Assembly: GCA_907165135.1 (NCBI GenBank)
Contig: OU015568.1
Location: 4,278,001 to 4,342,000, forward strand
From: Oikopleura dioica
Lineage: Eukaryota; Animalia; Chordata
Reading direction: 5' to 3'
DNA length: 64,000 nucleotides
The notes beneath the pieces were generated by a model that made no database searches, was not told the DNA's origin, and saw nothing but the letters and a program-made list of their open reading frames with translations. Below, in pieces: positions 10,695 through 23,707 of this stretch. Every line of letters begins with the position of its first letter. The stretch's first letter is position 1. The position numbers and the translations under genes were made by a program.

Positions 10695-12022
10695 GTTTTT
10701 GAAGGACCAATCATAAACTCATTAAAAGGGGAGCTTATTGAAGGCGTGAAAATGCAACCTGAGGAATATCTTTATATCCAGCTTGGCGAATCAGCTGAGC
10801 TATCTGAAGCAAGAAAAACCTGGGAAAAAAGAAATGACCATGCGTGGACCGATATTTGCAATCGACCCGGTGAGTTTTGCTGGACTTTGAATGACGATGG
10901 AGAGTGTCAATTGAATGAAGGACTTGCTCAATATATTTTTCTGCTCTAGAAAAAGTTGAATCTAAGTTTTGAGCACGGATAAGACTGCATCTCCGTCGAC
11001 TGCAGTGAGGACGTCATGAAGATCGAGGTCGACAATGATTTGTTGAAAACAGATGAAAATTATGAAATAAGACTTCTATCGGGTAAGTATTTGACTTACC
11101 CTAAAAGATTCACTATTTCTAAGGCGTTGATGAACAATCCTGCATTAATTTTGCCAAATTTTATCAAGACAATAAAGCTCGAAAGTCATTTCTGTCAATT
11201 CCTTACGGCGATTGTGGGATGACTGTAACAAGCTCGAGAAGAGAAGATGATTCGCCGACGATTACTTTTGAGCAGATTGTTCGATTTGATACGCTCGATA
11301 TCAGGAAAGGTCTAACCAAAAAGTGCTTTTCTGTGGAAAAATCGATTTTCGAAGCAAAAATTCATTGGAAAAACCTTCAAAAAGCTTCAAACTCAATGCA
11401 AAATGCAACATTGGCGCCGAAGTCACGCTCAAACCTCGCCTCGGTCCAAACAACTCGGACTATTTCAACGTCGAAACCAAAGAATTCGACCATACGAACT
11501 CGGTCAACGGCGACTGGGGTCAACTATTCGAACTGATGTTTTTCCAAGACGAGAATTTCTCGATCAAGTCTGATCGAAATAATTTGATGGTCGGGGAACA
11601 GATCAATGTCGCGGTTTATTTGGCGAATCAGAACTTGAAGGGGGTGAAATTTTTTATCGAAAGATGTTTTATGGCGAATTCGGAGAATATGTTTTACGAT
11701 ATCATCAGAGGTAAGGGCGTTAGAAACCTCATTTTGCAACCTTTGCTCATGAAATTCTCTAGGAGGTTGTATATCAGAGCTCGTCTCAGGAAGATTCGCC
11801 AAAAACAACCCGTATCAAGAAGAAGACCAGCGATTTTCCTTCCGAAGTTTCAGCTTCCGTCGCACTGCTTCTCTTCATCAAATGAACTTCAATTGCGTCG
11901 TCAAGATTTGCCCCCAAAGCGAAATCGACAATGGCAAGTGTGGCATTAAGAACTCCTGTTCAGACGGGTACAAATTCGGAGAAAACTGGCTGACAGAGGA
12001 GATAGATGAGACAACAAGATAA
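10695..12022 (+). CDS. Zona pellucida (ZP) domain coding exons
   Basis: VDCSEDVMKIEVD (ZP-N start), CGMTV, LNAKCNIG, LMVGEQINVAVYL...FFIERCFM...YDIIRGGC and RFSFRSFSF...MNFNCVVKICP (ZP-C). Stop TAA at 12020-12022; no C-terminal TM. Confidence 0.8.
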
Positions 12023-12459
12023 CTTTAATTCGCTTTACTGTAGATAATTTTTGCTGCTTTTTCGAAAAACATGAATAAACATGGACGAAAATGCCATATC
12101 GCTTTCTGATTCGCGCGTCATTCCCAAAGCCCCAATATCCTGCAGAAAAAAGCCATAGAATGAAACACATGAATTATCTGAATGAATTACAATTATCTTG
12201 ATTTCTACCCAGCAGGAAAATTTTGGTCGTTGTTGATTTCAAAAATTTTAAATTTTCAAATGTTCAAAATTTTCTCGACCAAATTTAAAAACAGCTGGTT
12301 TTCGCCAACATTAAGTTTAAACTAAGTTTTCTAGTCTTTCGAAAAACTTAAAAAGGACCTTTTCATCCTTGGATTACTATTTACAAACAAAATGGAATGG
12401 AAAGAATGTACAGGGAAAAAATGGGCCAGTATTGGCAAGGGAAAGAATTGTTTCTTTTT

Positions 12460-14119
12460 TTAGACGAAAAACTCGATGCAGCCAGCTTCTTCGCAGGATA
12501 ATGCTGCTCCTCCTTTATCTTGATAGTCTAAAAATGAATTTGAAATGAAGAATGAACAATTGAAAAAAGGCGGTGAAAAACGATACTGTACCAATAGACT
12601 TAGATTTCGAAGTATGCTGCCCTCGAAAGCAGTATCCAGTCAGCATGGAATTGACGCCTGCTTCGTAAAACGTCATTTTTGGCAGCTTGAACTCGGTTCG
12701 ACAACATAAGCACACGAAGTTCGTTCCGTTCTGGTCTCTTCCCAGGGCGATTACCTAAAGAAAAAAAACGTGAGTTACTGTCATTACTGTCAGATAGCCA
12801 AGCTCCCGAATTGGATGCAAGTAAAAAAACATTTGAAAAAATCATTCCCAAATTTATCTTCCAGTAAACTACTTGTTTCCAGCATCGCAGGTCCTCCGGG
12901 GTCCTCCATTCGTCACATGGTCAAAGATTAAAAAAAATTTTCTCAGAAGAGATTTCTTCTCAAATAACGGAACTCTTCCAGCAAGCGGGGTCCTCCACTG
13001 GGTCCTCCGCTGCTGAAAGAAAAAGATATCCGCTCGCATGGTGTCGCTTATTAGGACTTCTTTCCTGGGCAACCCCCTACTTTTATCGGTATATGGCCGA
13101 ATGGGCTTACCATATTAGTCGGGTGAGGAAGTAGACATCTCATCTCAGCATTCGAACTCGAATTAGGATTGAAACTTTTGTGGCACCTCGCACAATGTGA
13201 CTTTTCATCCCTTATGTCGACGAATTTTGGCTCGACTTTGTTCGTCAAAAACGGCTTCGCAGCAAGAAAACTGGATTTCTTTTCAATTTTTGGAATCACG
13301 TGAGTTTTGTTCAACTCAATCGCGGGTTTTGCCGGCGCTGGGGTGACTTTTGCGACGATTGGGACGATGATTCGTTTGGCGTTTTCGAACTGCGACTTTG
13401 TCGAATTTTCGGAGACATAGCCTTCTGAGCCGTAGCCAGAGCTGGCCTGGACTGTTTGATTCGTCGATTTCTGGAGTGGAGACGGGGAGGAGGAGGAAGG
13501 ATTGCTGGAGGTAGAAAGGGATGAGTTCTCGGCGGAGGATGATGACTCTAGAGAAGAGGAGACAGCACATTTCGAGTCGGATTTTCTCGAAGTAGAATTT
13601 TGAATTTTCTTCGGCTAAAAAGAGTTGCGTTTTGGGGCTTTTCTTCTGATTCGGAAAAATAAGGGTATCACACTAACTAAACGAGGAATTCTTTATCCCC
13701 CTATTTCTAACCTGAGATTTGGGAGTCACAGTAATTGGACTATCGCAAATCGAGCTGACAGAGCTCCCGCTCGAAATCGAAATTTCCGGGATGCTCAAAT
13801 CGTCCAAGCTCTTGTCCGAGTTCTTGTCAAGTAAACTGTCGGAATTGTCCGATTTCGTTTCAATTTTTTTCACTTCAATTTTTTCTTGAAGTTTTTTCTC
13901 TTCCTTGATTTCGGGAAGTTTCGAGGTCTCTTCTTTTTGCTTTGGCTTGAGTGGAATTGCGATGATTGTTCTTTTCTTTTGCGGCGGTTTCGTTACATAA
14001 GACATCAAGGAGCTAATTTTTGTCGTTTTCACGTTTTTGGAATTGTCGATTTTTGGCGGTGAATTTCCGTGATTTGACGAAGATAGCGGATTCGTGATTT
14101 TCAATAATTTCTCGATCAT
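12460..14119 (-). CDS. Uncharacterised protein: Ser/Lys-rich low-complexity N-terminus plus a Cys/His putative Zn-binding C-terminal domain
   Basis: Spliced frame reads HCARCHKSF...CLLPHP-intron-...NFVCLCC...YCFRGQHT-intron-...LSCEEAGC. Donor CAG/GTTAGA and acceptor TTTTAG/CCG join the 13673..14119 ORF in phase 0 to a frame running into the 13051..13314 ORF. Confidence 0.6.
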
Positions 14120-14367
14120 TATTTTTTTCTGCTTTTTCGAGCGACTTTTTTCTTCTTCTTTTTTTCTGAAAAGGAATAATTAGAAAATGATGGAGGGCGA
14201 GAAAATAAGAGGGGAGATATTATAATTAAATTTCTGGGAGAAAAGTGAGAGAGCGAGAAACTTTTATTTTGGTTTTGTTTGAGAATACTCTAAAATTGAT
14301 GAAATTAACACCTTGACTCGTTTGTGGCTGGGGAGGGTTTGATTTTGGCCACAAATAAATCAGCTAT

Positions 14368-16247
14368 GGACACTAGAAATATATTTTTTGAGAAAACTGA
14401 AAAGTTCTTGTTTCAAGGAACGAGTATGCTCAGCTGAAAGAGCATCCTCGATTACGTATGCTGACTCAATCCGGTGGGGGCTGAAAACGGAAATTTTCGA
14501 AAAAATGGGGTCGAAATCTCGAAAATGGTGGTTCTTATGACGCCAGTTTTGGGTACTTTTACTTTTCCGTTTTAAAGGTCAATAGCTCATTTTGTAGCTC
14601 AGAGCCTGCGCTTCGCTGCAAGGTATAGATGAGCCGGTCAGTATCAGCCAAAAATTTTTTTCAGGACCTGAGAAGGTGGGTTACTTTTTCGCGATAAGCA
14701 TGTCCCTTTCTTCTTTGATTTTGGCTAATTTCGTTCTATATCAGGGTTGACTGAATAATAATTGTTATAATTGCCACTTATTGCCACTTTCTGCCGGAGG
14801 ACCTCCCGGAGGACCCTCTTCCTGGAAGACTAACTGCTGGAAGACCAATATAAAAAAAAATAAATAAATAGCCTTGCTTGGCCACCTATTGCCACATTAG
14901 GTCGATTTCGGTCGCTTTCTGCCGGAGGATCTCCCGGAGGACCCCTTTACTGGAAGACCAACTGCTGGAAGACCAATATAAAAAAAAATGAATAAATAAC
15001 CTAGCTTGGCCACCTATTGCCACATTAGGTCGATTTCGGTCGCTTTATGCCGGAGGACCTCCCGAAGGACCCCCTTACTGGAAGACCAACTGCTGGAAAA
15101 CTTGTGGGGAATGAATCTGTCTCAAGACACTCAAGCACATTAAACTCAGTCAGGGAGGGGGCCAAGCCGACCCGTAGGGGAGGCCATTCAAGCTCATTCG
15201 ATTCAGTAAGGCAGGGGCGAAGCCGACCCAAAAGGGAGGTCACGCCCGTTCATATTATTCAATCAGAGTCAGGGCGAAGCCGACCCGAAGGGGAGGCCAC
15301 GCCCGTTCATATTATTCAATCAGAGTCAGGGCGAAGCCGACCCGAAGGGGAGGCCACGCCCGTTCATATTATTTAATCAGAGTCAGGGCGAAGCCGACCC
15401 GTTTATTTGATAAAGTCGAAGTTAGGGAAAGGTTTGTCTCTTTTAAAATTTCAAGATCCCGAATATTTCGAGATTTTTCAAATCTTACAGTCTCCCGAAT
15501 AATCCGGGAGGTGTACAACAGATTCAACGTTCGGGATTCTAAAAGGAACAAAAATTAAAGAAGACGAAAGCCAACCAGAAAAGACTTGTTAAATCCTTTA
15601 TTTATTCATTCATATCGTTTTATTCATTTTTTTTTCATTTTGGTCTTCCAGCAGTTGGTCTTCCAGTAAAGGGGTCCTCCGGGAGATCCTCCGGCAGAAA
15701 GCGACCGAAATCGACCTAATGTGGCAATAGGTGGCCAAGCAAGGCTATTTATTTATTTTTTATATTGGTCTTCCAGCAGTTAGTCTTCCAGGAAGAGGGT
15801 CCTCCGGGAGGTCCTCCGGCAGAAAGTGGCAATAAGTGGCAATTATAACAATTATTATTCAGTCAACCCTGATATAGAACGAAATTAGCCAAAATCAAAG
15901 AAGAAAGGGACATGCTTATCGCGAAAAAGTAACCCACCTTCTCAGGTCCTGAAAAAAATTTTTGGCTGATACTGACCGGCTCATCTATACCTTGCAGCAA
16001 AGCGCAGGCTCTGAGCTACAAAATGAGCTATTGACCTTTTAAAACGGAAAAGTAAAAGTACCCAAAACTGGCGTCATAAGAACCACCATTTTCGAGATTT
16101 CGACCCCATTTTTTCGAAAATTTCCGTTTTCAGCCCCCCACCGGATTGAGTCAGCATACGTAATCGAGGATGCTCTTTCAGCTGAGCATACTCGTTCCTT
16201 GAAACAAGAACTTTTCAGTTTTCTCAAAAAATATATTTCTAGTGTCC
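14368..16247. mobile_element. 1.88-kb non-autonomous foldback element with ~600-bp inverted arms
   Basis: GGACACTAGAAATATAT...ATATATTTCTAGTGTCC. The arms (about 14368-14990 and 15625-16247) are near-perfect reverse complements. TSD is TAT (3 bp), or CTATG if the ends are drawn 1 bp inward. Arms contain ~128-bp subrepeats; the centre has 57-bp tandem repeats. Confidence 0.9.
15158..15402 (+). repeat. 57-bp tandem repeat, about 4 copies, inside the foldback element
   Basis: GGGCGAAGCCGACCC...CACGCCCGTTCATATTATTCAATCAGAGTCA recurs at about 15215, 15272, 15329 and 15386 (partial). Confidence 0.85.
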
Positions 16248-19200
16248 TATGCGGTGGAAAGTAAATGCAATCCCATTTGGATTTTTACCAGATCAAGGAT
16301 GAAAAAGATCAAAAAGAGGGTTGAATCTATTGGACTTTCCACTATCTTTTTTCTTGAAATTTCATATGAAATAAGGGCATCACTTCATTAATTTCAATTA
16401 TTGAAAAAATCGATAAAGATTTCACTGAATGAAAATTATCAAAAGATGACTTTCCAAAAGCTTAAATAATTGATAAATCATGACTTGCGCGCGGTTTTAT
16501 TACATCTTGCATCAAAACTTGCAAAACTCAAATGGCTGAGGACTTGAGCTAACGTCAGTGGATACTCAAGTTGAGCGTATCAATGAAGTGGAAAACGAGA
16601 CCTACTCTCGAGAAAGGGGGAGGTCGTAAATCATCCCTCTGCTCAATCAGCCAGCTGCCAATCTGATAATGAGCTACAGCCAGTATTTCAAAATTTCATA
16701 TTTAAAATTTTTTCATGGAAATTTTTGTCAACGATGTTTCGGACCCTGAGTCAGGTTTTCAACAAAGACTTTCGTCGTATTTTTGTGTTATGTTTTCAAT
16801 GAAATTGACTCTTTACGAGTGATTTATTTTGATAAAACTGCTGGAAATAAAACAGAACGGGTAGAATTCATCGAAAAATGGTGCGGTGTTATTTTTAGAG
16901 ATTGATTTCTAAAGCGCTTCCCGGAGCAGCGGTTGAGCTTTTTGGGTTGACCAAAGTGAACTCTACAAGCTCGGCCAGATTATGGATTGAATCATCGGAT
17001 CAACTAACATACCCTCTGTGGCTAGAATTATGCAAAACCCGTAAAATGTTCTTTTCAAGCGATTTTTTTTCGTTTTCCTGAGAAAAAATTTGATAATTTT
17101 GATAATTTTTTTGACTTTTGGACGAAAATTCTCTCAAAGCGAATTAATTTCAACCTGTTGAATTTTCCAGGAGAAGATTTAACCGCGTGAAAATTCAGCA
17201 ACGTGTGAATTTCCCTCCCCCTTCCCGAGATTCCCGATTTTGGAGCGCTGGAGCTTCACGTTTTTAGCGGATTTTAATGTGAAACCGCGAGTGTAAGTGC
17301 TGGGGTGTGATTCTTTAGTAGATGACCGTTTGGTAAATGGAGTTTGGTTAGAATGGCGCTGCCAAGTCTCGGCCCGGCCACACTGTGAAATGCGCACGGC
17401 TTCTAGGAAATCATTACTAAACAGCGAAAACCAGCGAGATGGCTTCTATAAGTAATTGCATTCTACATTGACTCGACCGTTTTCTACGCAAGAAACTCGA
17501 AAATAAAGCGAATAAAAAATTTCGAAAAATTTAAAAAGATGATTTTTTCACCATTTTCGCTGCAAGGCTTGGTTCCAAACTAATTAGTAATTACTGCCTA
17601 GGTTTGGTTATCATCTACTCTAGCGGAAGTGACGTTCACTAATTAAGGTGCTTCCCCCTTTTCGGATAAGGCTGGACGGCTGCGCCCTCGATTGTCCCAC
17701 TCGCTTACGTAAATTCCGGAAGGCAGGGAAAGGCGATTAGCTCACAGCAGCTTATCCTCAGAAAGATAGCAAATACACTGTTGACACCAGAAACCGGCCC
17801 TCTCTGTTTTCAATTTGTATTTCTTGAGCCGATAAGCCTTCAACAACCGTTTGCTTGGAAAGAAACGGGAAGAAGAAAATCCACTTTGCGCATATTTTGA
17901 AAACATAAATGAATAACAGAATGCTGATATGTATAAATTCAAATATCAAATATTAAGCAAAAACGTGGGTCGTAAATTTGATTAATTCTGCCACAAGGAT
18001 CAGGAGTTTTGGGGCAAACATTTTTGCTTCAAGAGAAATCTCTTCAAATTCAAACAGTTAGTTCAAATTGTGGTCAAAATGAGATCAAAACAGACCAACT
18101 AAGTGGACAGCAAGAATTTTTTAATTATCTTCTTCTTGGAGTTAATTTAATTATTGACCTTTTTCTAGCTGATTTTTCAATAAAAATCAAAAAAAATAGT
18201 AGACAAAAATTTTTTTTATTGATTTTTAAACTTTCTGACTTAATTTTGGCTAAATAAAATAAGGGTGTCACAATGTAATATCAAAAAAGATGCCTTTCGA
18301 AAGACTTAAATTTATAATTTTTTAATGAACTTTAGGGCCTGTTCTTTCTCAAAAAGCAAGCATTTTGTAACATGAAAATTCTAGCATCATTCAAATATTA
18401 TTCTATTTATTTGAATCCGCCCTAAATTTGCGCAAATTGTTAACATGATTTTGATTGCTCACAAAAAAAGAACCCAGCTTCTGAGAAAAAACGTCATAAC
18501 AAGTTTTATTTTACGGAAAAAATGAAATTTCCATGAGATCTGGTTTACTTTTTGGGGTGTTTGAAAACAAGCGCAATATTGAATATTCGGAAAAATAAAA
18601 TTTTCAAATTTTAAATAAAAATTTTTTTGATCATTTTTTATTTAGGAATCAAACTCAAAACCGGTGGAAACGTAGAGTGGCGCTACTTTATTGATGAAAA
18701 AAATATTTTCACTTGACAGCTTCTTTTTTATATTTCGCGGTGACGAGGGGTCGGGACCTCGGAACGCAGCGAAATATTATTTTTCGGGATTAAAAATTTT
18801 GTTTAATCTTGAAATGACGAAATTTTGCATACTTTTTCGATAAATATTTTTAGATACGAGCAAGCTTAAGTTACAGTAAATGTGTTTTTTGGCATTTTAA
18901 AAATGACCAATCAAAACGCTCGATCAAGCCAAAGGACCAATCAGAAATCTCAGATTCACAAATATTTTTAAGAATTTAAAATAATGTCTTGTACCAGTTA
19001 AAACCGGTTTGATTCGCGCGAAACAAGAATTTCTAAGTTGAGAGAAAAAGACTTGACCGTCAAAGTCGAAGAATCTCAAAGAAATTCGATGTTCTAATTA
19101 CGCAAATTAGTTGCGCCGGCGGAAGATCGATATTGTTTCGATCAAATGCCGATTTTACAATAATTTTAGCACCGTGAAAATATTTCATTTTAGAATGAAA

Positions 19201-20340
19201 ACTTGGTGCATCAATGATTTTTCATCAAATACTTGAAATGAATTGCATTTGAAATTTCTTTCGAAAAAGAGAGATCTTTGCTCACTCTTCGTTTGATTGT
19301 TATTTTATCTCGAAACAGGCGCTCAGACAGACACTTGTTCAAAGAGCGATTCCAAGGGGTTTAGGGGCGTCTAAACTTTACTCAGTAAAAAGAAGGGCCA
19401 TTTCATAATTTTTTAGAGCGTAAAATTGATGGAAAAGGCCGATTATCATGTAACGTGGTGTTTGGAGACAGAAAAACGATCAAATAAAAAATTGGAAAGA
19501 GATACTTGGACAGAAGTGTATTTTTGCTTAAATAAACTCAGCGAATATCGGGCGCTGGAAATTGAGATAAGCTCAAGTTTTGAGACAATTTCACGATTTT
19601 ACTTTTGCAAAATTAATACTTCGAAAAAATTGATGACTTTGAGTCAAAATTAAGCCGGTTTTTAAAATCCTTCTGACAAAATTAAGATCTAGAATAGACC
19701 TTCTTCATGAACCCAACTTATCCCAGCTGACATTGATAGAATAAGAATTATTCGACCATCAAATTCGGGAAATCGAAGGTAGTAACCTTAAATATTTTCA
19801 GTTACCTTAGTTTCTTCTTTTCCCAAGTGTTATCTGTTCCTCTGACAGTCTCTTCAGTCGCCCATTTCGCCCTCTTCTCTTTCCTCAATCGTCAGAAATA
19901 ATCACCTCGCGATTCAACAACAAAATTTTCAATTTCTCAAATTCACAAAACTTTCAAAAGCGTTTTTTGTTTAACCGCTCGGCGAATTATTTCGGAAGGT
20001 CGGCTTCGTTCTTCTTGGAACTGCTCCCTTTTTTTCTTTCTTCTGAAAATGGGAAGTTATTCTATTTTGTCGAAAAATATCCATTACGCGGTTTTCTAAG
20101 TTAAAAAGGACTATAATGAAAAACGTCTAAAGAACCAGAAAGTGCGGTCATCTAAGCGGCCAAGAACGAATTCCGCTACACTGGTACCAGACGAGTTATG
20201 TCAAAAGAACAAAAATTATTATAATCAACTAAAGAGATAATTCTAGTAATCCTATAATTTTCACAAAGAGCTTTAATTCGGCAACATTGAAAAATGCCTC
20301 TACAGCTTATCTATCAAAATCTCGGCTCAGCAATATCCGC

Positions 20341-20790
20341 TGAAAACCTGAGTCAGGCGCTAAAAGATGTTTATCGAAAATCCGGGTTGCGGCTTAAAAA
20401 AATCAAAGCCGCGCTGCGAAATGGTCAAATGAGTCATAAATATGATTAATGAGTCATATCATAAATATGACTCATTTGATTGTTTAATAAGTCATACATG
20501 TGATATATGAGTCATATCATATATATGACTCACTTGATATGACTCATTGAACGATTAATATGACTCATTTTATTATTAAATGAGTCATAGATATGATAAA
20601 TGAGTCATATCTTATAGATGACTCATTTTATTGTTTAATGAGTCATAAATATGATAAATGAGTCATATCATATATAAATATATGACTCATTAGATGAGTT
20701 TTGGCAAAGCTATTTTGCGGCTTAGTTTTTGAAAAAGCCCCTTAGCGGCTTTTTGATAAAGATCTTGAAGATCCTGACTCAGGTTTTCTA
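20341..20790. mobile_element. MITE-like element with CCTGAGTCAGG termini enclosing an ATGASTCAT array
   Basis: AAAACCTGAGTCAGG near 20343 and CCTGACTCAGGTTTT near 20774. Inner AAAGCCGC/GCGGCTT half-hairpins. About 13 TGAGTCA/TGACTCA motifs between 20430 and 20690. Confidence 0.7.
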
Positions 20791-22683
20791 CACAGGTTGC
20801 GGAGCCCAGATCAAAGATTGCAAAATTTGCAATGCAAATTTTTAAAATTTGCAAAGATAATTTTCTTTTCTACAAAAAACGCTTGGTTCTTCAAAGTACG
20901 CTTGATTCTTACGCTCAAGTGAATAAATATTTTAAAATCGAGGAGTTGCGGGAGCTCGTCTGGCTGTTGTTCCACTTTGTCGTTGATTGTTCTTCTCGAT
21001 CGTCTTTTTTCGGCGAACGCTATTTTAATTAAGAGTTAGAATGACTTGTTGGTGCATTTCTGGATCGAGTTTCCGGTCGGAAACGAGGCACAAAATGAGC
21101 TGGAGTTGAACAGTTATTCAATTTTCATAACCGGAAGTCGCCAAAAGAATTAAAGAATATCTTACCACGTGGAGGTTCTCGAGGGGATTCAATACAGCTC
21201 AGCTCTTGTTAAAAAATCGAATACAAAAATTGAAAAATTGATGATGAATTTGATTTTTAAAAAGAAGAGCGAGTTGTATTTTGAACCCGAAAGTAAAAGG
21301 TTTCAATAAATGAGCTCTAGAAGCTCTAGAATCTAATATCTCTGACGTTATTTTTAAGGGGAATTTAAACCAATCAATGAATTAACCAAAAGGCGAATAA
21401 AAAAGGTTCATTTTTGAGAAAAATTAAAATATTGAAACCTAACTGGTGATTTGATAAGGATTCAAGACATGGTAAAAGTGATTCTAGTCAAGAATTTCGA
21501 ATCGAAAAACAAAGAAAATTGCGAAAACGAAAAAAGCGCTAAAATTTTGAATCCCAAAAAATATGGCTTCCAATGGATAATTCGTATTCAACAGAAAAAA
21601 AGAACATTATTTTGATAAAAAAATATAATTTTATTCTTATCACATTTATATCCATTTCTGTGACTGGTTCGATTATAAATTCCAAAAAAAAAATTTTTTT
21701 GAAAAAATAATTTTCGCAAAAAAAATCAGGAAATTCGGAAAATGAAATTAATAAACCGAATCTGTGGGCTTTGAAAGGGTTCGCAAAAAGGCGAGTTTCA
21801 TTCTTTGCTATTTCCGAAGCATGTCAAAAATGGCCTCTAATCGCTTGGAAGAATGTTCAAAATTGTAAGTTTACGCGATTTGAAAACTTTTTCGCGAATT
21901 TAGAACCCAAAAATGAAGACGAGCTATTTCAAAATGTTAGATTTCTCAGCAAAAAAGCATATTTTATAAAGAGAAATATATCGATTTATATAACACAAAA
22001 GATAAAATACAAACTTGAGGAAACTGATTCGGGATTTTTTATAAATTTTTGAATTATTTTTCAGAAAAAAATAATTTTTTAATGAAATTTGTATAAAAAA
22101 AATTTTTCGATCAAAAATGACTCATCAATAATTTTAAAATCCGTTGCCTTTAAGGGCTTATCAAATTTTGGGTTAAGTTAAAATAACTAAAATAAAATAA
22201 GAAATATTTGAATTAATAAGCAAAAAACACGAAAAACCTCGAAACTCGTGATTTTAAAAGCGAAAAATCACGAGTGTTCTGAAAATCTATAATGCGCTTT
22301 TTCGAGTGAACCGGATTTCGATTTTCGATTAGGGTTGGATCAGTAACTAGAGAGCCACTATCCTGGCTTTGTGGCGACTTTCGGTTAGTTTCCGGCTCAC
22401 GTTCGGCGAAACAAGCGAAAAATAGATTCAAGAAGAAATTTATTCGAGTTTGCGTTTTTCCTTGTTCCAAGAGCGCAGCACAAAAATAGCTCTTCAAAAT
22501 AAAAGAGGGTCGGAAAAATATTCAAAAACCGCCGTTACTACTAGAAAATACGCGAAATTCTATTGGCGGGAAGGTTTTTCAGGGGTCCGGAGCACCGAAT
22601 TCGATCAATCTATAAAAAGAAAAGGTTAATATCATACTGAGCTTATATACAGTCAAAGATACAATTCGAATAAAGCAAAGGGC

Positions 22684-22912
22684 TCCCCTTAATTGTTGTC
22701 TAATCATGCCCTTTTCCCCTTAAATTTTGACATGGCGAACCCCTGTATTTTTTAAATGTTGAGAATGACGACGTGACAACGTTAGATAATGAAAAAAAAG
22801 ACTTTTTTCAACGTCACGTCGTCATTTTCAACATTAAAAAAAACAGGGTTACGATTTATCAAAAATTAAGGGGGTAAATTGGGCACGATTTAACGATAAT
22901 AAAAAGGGGTAC
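22684..22912. mobile_element. Imperfect hairpin MITE
   Basis: CCCCTTAA...AAATGTTGAGAATGACGACGTGAC pairs with GTCACGTCGTCATTTTCAACATT...TTAAGGGGG. Confidence 0.6.
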
Positions 22913-23707
22913 ATTAAAAATTTTTTCTGAAAAAAAAATCAGGAAAAATGGCATTGATATTGGAGAATATGATTTCAACAGTCTCACAGGCGATTTTAAT
23001 TTTAAATTTTTGTCTTACTACCAAAGATTTAAGAATAAAGGCACCTGACAGTAAAATAGACTTAGCATCGCTTGAAGCGGAATTTATATCAGAATTCTTG
23101 ATATCCCTTTGAGAAAGAATATCAAAGCGCGCTTTGCACGTGTTGTACCTTCCAACTTGCACTTTGGTGAGTTGCAACTGAAATGCAAAAATATACAAAA
23201 GCACGGATTGGAGAGATTTTTTTCGGGTTTTTTTGGCAGGTGTCTTTGTATGTTACGTGTTACACTGATAAACATGTCTTATTTTTCATAATTTTTTAGA
23301 GGAAAAAAAATCAAAAAAAATTTTTTCGAAATTTTAATTTTTTAATTCCCACGCTAAAAATAACTTCACGATGAATTTAAAAAAAATTGCGAAGATCAAA
23401 TTCGTAAACACCAATTTCCGCGAACGGTACGTGTGAGCTGTCTTGGTTGAGCGCGTTTTGCATAGAGCTCGTAATTAAGGCGAGTTTGGGCGGTTAACCA
23501 ATCGTCAAAACGGATTCGACACATTCGCACGTCTCAACAGTCATCTACCTATTTTCAAAACGTCAAGCTAATCCACTCACAAGTCAAAATTAAGACACAA
23601 CCCAGAACTTATTTTTTCTCTTTATTTTACTCTTTTTAGCGCAGCTTCTACCCCCTTATCCAAGATTCATCAAATTAAGGGTGTCACTTTCTTATAAACG
23701 TAATTTC

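Noticed and set aside
15047-15402. Possible CRISPR-like array or repeat-protein ORF (QSESGRSRPEGEATPVHII repeats)
   Set aside because: Head-to-tail 57-bp tandem units with no unique spacers, no cas genes, eukaryotic context; the ORF is a by-product of the repeat inside a foldback element.
14371-16244. CACTA-superfamily assignment from the internal CACTAG...CTAGTG
   Set aside because: Flanks at those boundaries (GGA / TCC) are inverted, not direct; true ends extend to GGACAC with a TAT (or CTATG) duplication.
16250-22600. Scattered exon-like frames (e.g. near 16900-17040, 19700-19780, 20110-20230)
   Set aside because: Could not be joined into a consistent reading frame or matched to any family by eye.
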